From Nitrospirota bacterium (lineage in GTDB: Bacteria; Nitrospirota; Nitrospiria; Nitrospirales; NS-4): a DNA stretch of 64,000 bases. A model generated the notes under the pieces. It was not told where the DNA came from. It searched no databases and saw only the letters and a program-made list of their open reading frames with translations. The stretch lies in assembly GCA_963788195.1 (NCBI GenBank), contig CAWBGA010000017.1:96001-160000 (forward strand). Direction: 5' to 3'. Position 1 is the first letter of the stretch. Each line of letters starts with the position of its first letter. Of this stretch, positions 61,501 through 64,000 are shown one piece after another. The position numbers and the translations under genes were made by a program.

Positions 61501-61781
61501 GTGATCAGGGAGAGACCGAACTTGGAGATGGATCGCAGTTCAGTCAGCCCCGGCAGTCCCGTCATCTGGATTTCCAATGGAATAGTGATGAACCTTTCCA
61601 CCTCCAGCGGCGAGCGCCCGACTGCTTCCGTGATAACCTGCACCTGGATGTTTGTGACATCCGGAAACGCATCAATATTTAGTTGCTGGAGCGCGTAGAG
61701 CCCGCCGCCAGCCAACATACACGCCATAGCGACCACCAGGATTCGCTGACGCAGAGCAAAGTCAATCAGCCAATCGGCCAT
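58512..61781 (-). CDS. czcA: heavy-metal efflux RND permease (CzcA/CusA family)
   Basis: IDAFPDVTNIQVQV, NLMSLGG, MMVDGSVVIVEN, RLRPVLMT, GSEVQRPLA. Confidence 0.92.
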   Translation of the reverse strand: MADWLIDFALRQRILVVAMACMLAGGGLYALQQLNIDAFPDVTNIQVQVITEAVGRSPLEVERFITIPLEIQMTGLPGLTELRSISKFGLSLITIVFRDDVDIYLARQLVLERVLVAQEVLPSGLTPVMGPASTGLGEVFRYTVERVVSQVAGNPAPLPASLQNDGRDQRANTPLSKAGGLATTPQATRSGLESDKTTTSASWATAPSDLQEMRTIQDWVIRPYLKGTIGVTEVNSHGGYVKQYHVLVDPDKLKKYALTLREVFESVSRNNSNAGGNILEQHAEKYLIRAVGLIQSLEDVGNIVVKEHQGVPIYIKDVADVEIGHETRHGAAVKDGKGEVVVGIVLMLRGGNAKRVVDSVKKKIKEMEVNSLLPSDVRIVPFYDRTELVNAALWTVKKALGEGIVLVVMVLFLFLGNIRSALIVMATLILAPLMTFIGMWQIDLSANLMSLGGLAVAIGMMVDGSVVIVENVYRHLSEQKTGALSRAHVILEASREVARPVVFGIMIIVIVFLPLFTLEGLEGKLFAPMAYTTALALFASLAISLTLSPVLCSFFLKGGMERDNWLLRKIKGGYLPALRWSLHNRMRVLAGSVAGLALSLLLVPFLGTEFIPMLFEGAITPQVLRLPSIALQESIDLELKTQRAVMEFPEVRTTVAEIGRAEIATSPIEANESDQIVLLKPVGDWTTAGTPAEFIDTVRNRLQQIPGISILMSMPIQERVDELISGIKTQLAVKIFGDDIDLLREKAERTVGILSSIRGAKDIKMEQVAGQQYLTIDIDRRKVARYGINVADIQGIVETAIGGKVATEVFEGQRRFSLVVRFPKASRDSPEAISNIHVSDPSGARIPLAQLANITLVEGPAMISRQDVKRRIVVGLNVVGRDIGGFVNEAQARLGSELNLPAGYFVEWGGAFENMQRAMKRLAIIVPLTIMLIFFLLFSTFNSMRYAALIILNLPFAVIGGILGLWLSGQYLSVPASVGFITLFGVAVLNGLVLVSYINQLRREGMPLEEALMKACERRLRPVLMTASLAILGLMPLLFATGVGSEVQRPLAAVVIGGLVSSTLLTLLVLPTVYGLFEERRPQYQEVGR

Positions 61782-62945
61782 TTACGCGGGCTCCATGTCT
61801 TGCTTGTTCATCTCGGACTTCAGAATAAACGATCCTTGGGTGACGATCTGATCACCTTCGGCGAGGCCCTTGAGGACCGGGACGTAGCTGCCGGAAGGTT
61901 CGCCGAGGGTCACCTCCCGCGGTTGGAAGTGAGTCGTATCCGTCTGGACAAACACGATGTCACGCCCCCGATCTTTCTGCACCGCCATGGTCGGGACGGC
62001 GAGCACATGATCCTCGGTCGTCATGAGGATCATCACCGTGGCAAACATCTCCGGCTTGAGACGACCGTCCGGATTGGGCACCTCGGTCCGTACCTTCACC
62101 GTTCTCGTGGCCGCCTCAATGACTTCGCCAATGTGCACGACCACTCCGTTAAAGATCTGGTCCGGGTACGGAGTAACCTGAATTTCAACCGGCAGTCCGA
62201 GTTGTACCTTGGGGATGTCCTTCTCGTGAACATCGGCCATGACCCAAAGGCGTCGCAGATCGGCCACCACGAATAACTTCGTGCGGGGATCGATGACTTC
62301 ACCTAGATTGATATGGCGTTCGATCACCGCGCCTTCGAGGGGAGAGCGGATTGACGCGCGCGAATTGATCTGATGCGTTCGCGCCAATTGTGCGATCTCC
62401 TGCTCAGTCATCCCGAGCAGCACCAGACGCTCTTTTGCGGCGCGATGATCCGCTCTTGCCGCGAGGGTATCGCCTTCCCGGCGCTGAAACTCACCGGTCC
62501 CGATGACCTTGGCCTCCAAAAGCTGCGCAGCCCGATCAAGCCCCTTTTCCGCGACTCCAAGATGCGCCTGGCTTTTCAGATACTCGGACTGAGCGAGCCC
62601 GAGCTCCGTACTATCCACTCGCGCCAACACCTGCCCAGGCCGCGCTCTGTCTCCAATATTGACCAGCACGTCCACCGCCCGTCCCGGAATCAGCGAGCTG
62701 ACGTCGACAAGGTGATTAGGGTCTGGCTTCACGACTCCCGACACACGCAAGGAGCGCTTGTACGGGCGAGCCTGCACTGGCTCTATTTGCAGACCGGCCG
62801 CTTGCAGTCCCGCTTCACTCAGCCGAATGATCGGCGTGCCCGTAGAAGCAGGCGCCGTGCTTTTGGGCGCCGGCTTCGCCTCGGGTTTACACGCGCCAGC
62901 GCCTAAAAGCCCGAAGAGTAGGAGTAGAAGTCCTAGCCCCTTCAT
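61782..62945 (-). CDS. czcB: RND periplasmic adaptor (CzcB family)
   Basis: Lipoprotein-like leader; IRSPLEG, VADLRRLWV, TRTVKVR, LKPEMF. Confidence 0.88.
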   Translation of the reverse strand: MKGLGLLLLLFGLLGAGACKPEAKPAPKSTAPASTGTPIIRLSEAGLQAAGLQIEPVQARPYKRSLRVSGVVKPDPNHLVDVSSLIPGRAVDVLVNIGDRARPGQVLARVDSTELGLAQSEYLKSQAHLGVAEKGLDRAAQLLEAKVIGTGEFQRREGDTLAARADHRAAKERLVLLGMTEQEIAQLARTHQINSRASIRSPLEGAVIERHINLGEVIDPRTKLFVVADLRRLWVMADVHEKDIPKVQLGLPVEIQVTPYPDQIFNGVVVHIGEVIEAATRTVKVRTEVPNPDGRLKPEMFATVMILMTTEDHVLAVPTMAVQKDRGRDIVFVQTDTTHFQPREVTLGEPSGSYVPVLKGLAEGDQIVTQGSFILKSEMNKQDMEPA

Positions 62946-64000
62946 GGCAGGAGATCCTGTCGGCCGGTGACCTGTTCAAGCTGGGCAAGCGCGGCGGAAA
63001 GGTCGAAAAGCGCGCCATAATATTCCTGCAAAGTCGCCCGGTGGACCCGCTGAGCATCGAGGAGATCAAGCAATCCCGATGCGCCCTGCCGGAAGCTGAT
63101 CTGCGCGATGCGAAGGGCCTCCTCGGACTGCTTGAGCAGGCCCCGCTCAAAGACTGCCAGCTGGTCCTGCGCAATGCGATAATTCTGATATTCCTGTGTG
63201 ATGGATCGGGTCAACTCAGTCCGTGCCCGTTCCAGTTCCGCTTCGGCGCGACGCCCTTCGGCAAGAGCAGTTGCAATCCACCCGGCCCGCCGATCCCAGA
63301 TAGGAAACGGCACCGACAGAACCACGCCGAGACCGTCCTTATCAATTTCGCGTATCATCATTCCTCCAAGACCGACATCGGGAACACGCGCCTGCCTTTC
63401 AAAATTTAGCTGATGCCGCCACCGCTCGACCTCTTGACGCTGACGATCAATGACCGGATGTCTCGCCAAGGCCCCGTCGATGAGAATCGGCAGATCCACC
63501 AGGGACTGCGGTCTCTCAAACTCACCAATCAGCGAAAACGAGTCGGGGAGGGTGTTGCCAAACAGCGCATTTAGGGAAGCACGCGATAGATTGACCTGAT
63601 TGCGGGCCCGGTTCACTTCCTTTTCAGCCTTGAGCAGCTCCACGTCCGCCTTGACCAGCTCGAAGGCGGCGCCCTCTCCGGTGCGCACCCTCACGTCTAC
63701 TGAGCGCCGAAGCTCCTTCACTGTATTCACGTTCCGTTCCGCTAATTCCGCCTGCTTGGACGTGAGGACGACCCGATAAAATGCGTCTTTTGTCGCTGCC
63801 CGAAGGAACAGGCGGAAGCCCTCGGCGTCAAAACGCGCCGTTTCAAGCTTTGCCCCGGCGGCTCGAATGCGTGCTTGCCGCTTCAGCGGCCACTCGAGCG
63901 GCTGCAGCACGGTGCCCTGGTACTCCGTCCCGGATGACAACGTCCCAACCTCCGGACCACGCGGCTCTCCGCGGCCAGCCTGAAACATCATCGTAGGGTT
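62942..64000 (-). CDS. TolC/CzcC outer-membrane efflux protein, 5' end outside the window
   Basis: Outer-membrane efflux repeats (GEGAAFELVKA, LSVPFPIWDR, GASGLLDLLDAQR); upstream of the adaptor. Confidence 0.88.
   Translation of the reverse strand, partial: NPTMMFQAGRGEPRGPEVGTLSSGTEYQGTVLQPLEWPLKRQARIRAAGAKLETARFDAEGFRLFLRAATKDAFYRVVLTSKQAELAERNVNTVKELRRSVDVRVRTGEGAAFELVKADVELLKAEKEVNRARNQVNLSRASLNALFGNTLPDSFSLIGEFERPQSLVDLPILIDGALARHPVIDRQRQEVERWRHQLNFERQARVPDVGLGGMMIREIDKDGLGVVLSVPFPIWDRRAGWIATALAEGRRAEAELERARTELTRSITQEYQNYRIAQDQLAVFERGLLKQSEEALRIAQISFRQGASGLLDLLDAQRVHRATLQEYYGALFDLSAALAQLEQVTGRQDLLP

Overview
GC-rich bacterial chromosomal window. The gene content and style suggest Nitrospirota; this is inference, not checked. 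From left to right it holds: (1) a secreted-protease locus made of a stand-alone I9-type propeptide lipoprotein and two tandem S8 subtilases with ~109-aa C-terminal repeats, one fused to a PQQ-sugar-dehydrogenase-like domain; (2) hpnH, a two-component pair, an outer-membrane beta-barrel, a LuxR-type regulator and Lhr helicase; (3) a zincin-like peptidase plus ATP-grasp ligase pair, Slp, a lipase and a membrane patatin; (4) tRNA-Cys; (5) a hopanoid/isoprenoid operon, shc-hpnG-mlaEFDC-Omp85-dxs-ispG; (6) smc and xth; (7) an Rrf2-led sulfate ABC plus porin operon; (8) marR-doxX-VOC, glucose dehydrogenase, corA, and a CzcCBA-type RND system with a PII-like gene. The most striking unannotated signal is a dispersed intergenic repeat family at 7 loci with about 15 units. 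Its consensus is CACCCGCCCA(C/G)CCC-[6-7 bp stem]-GCC(A/G)AGAC-[complementary stem]-TT(T/G)TCCC(G/A)TGG. The flanks and loop are conserved while the stem sequence changes completely yet keeps base-pairing. Units occur in tandem and nested inside one another. Six genes carry single-base frameshifts, mostly in short runs, and these are most likely assembly errors. No integrase, transposase, cas gene or reverse transcriptase was seen.
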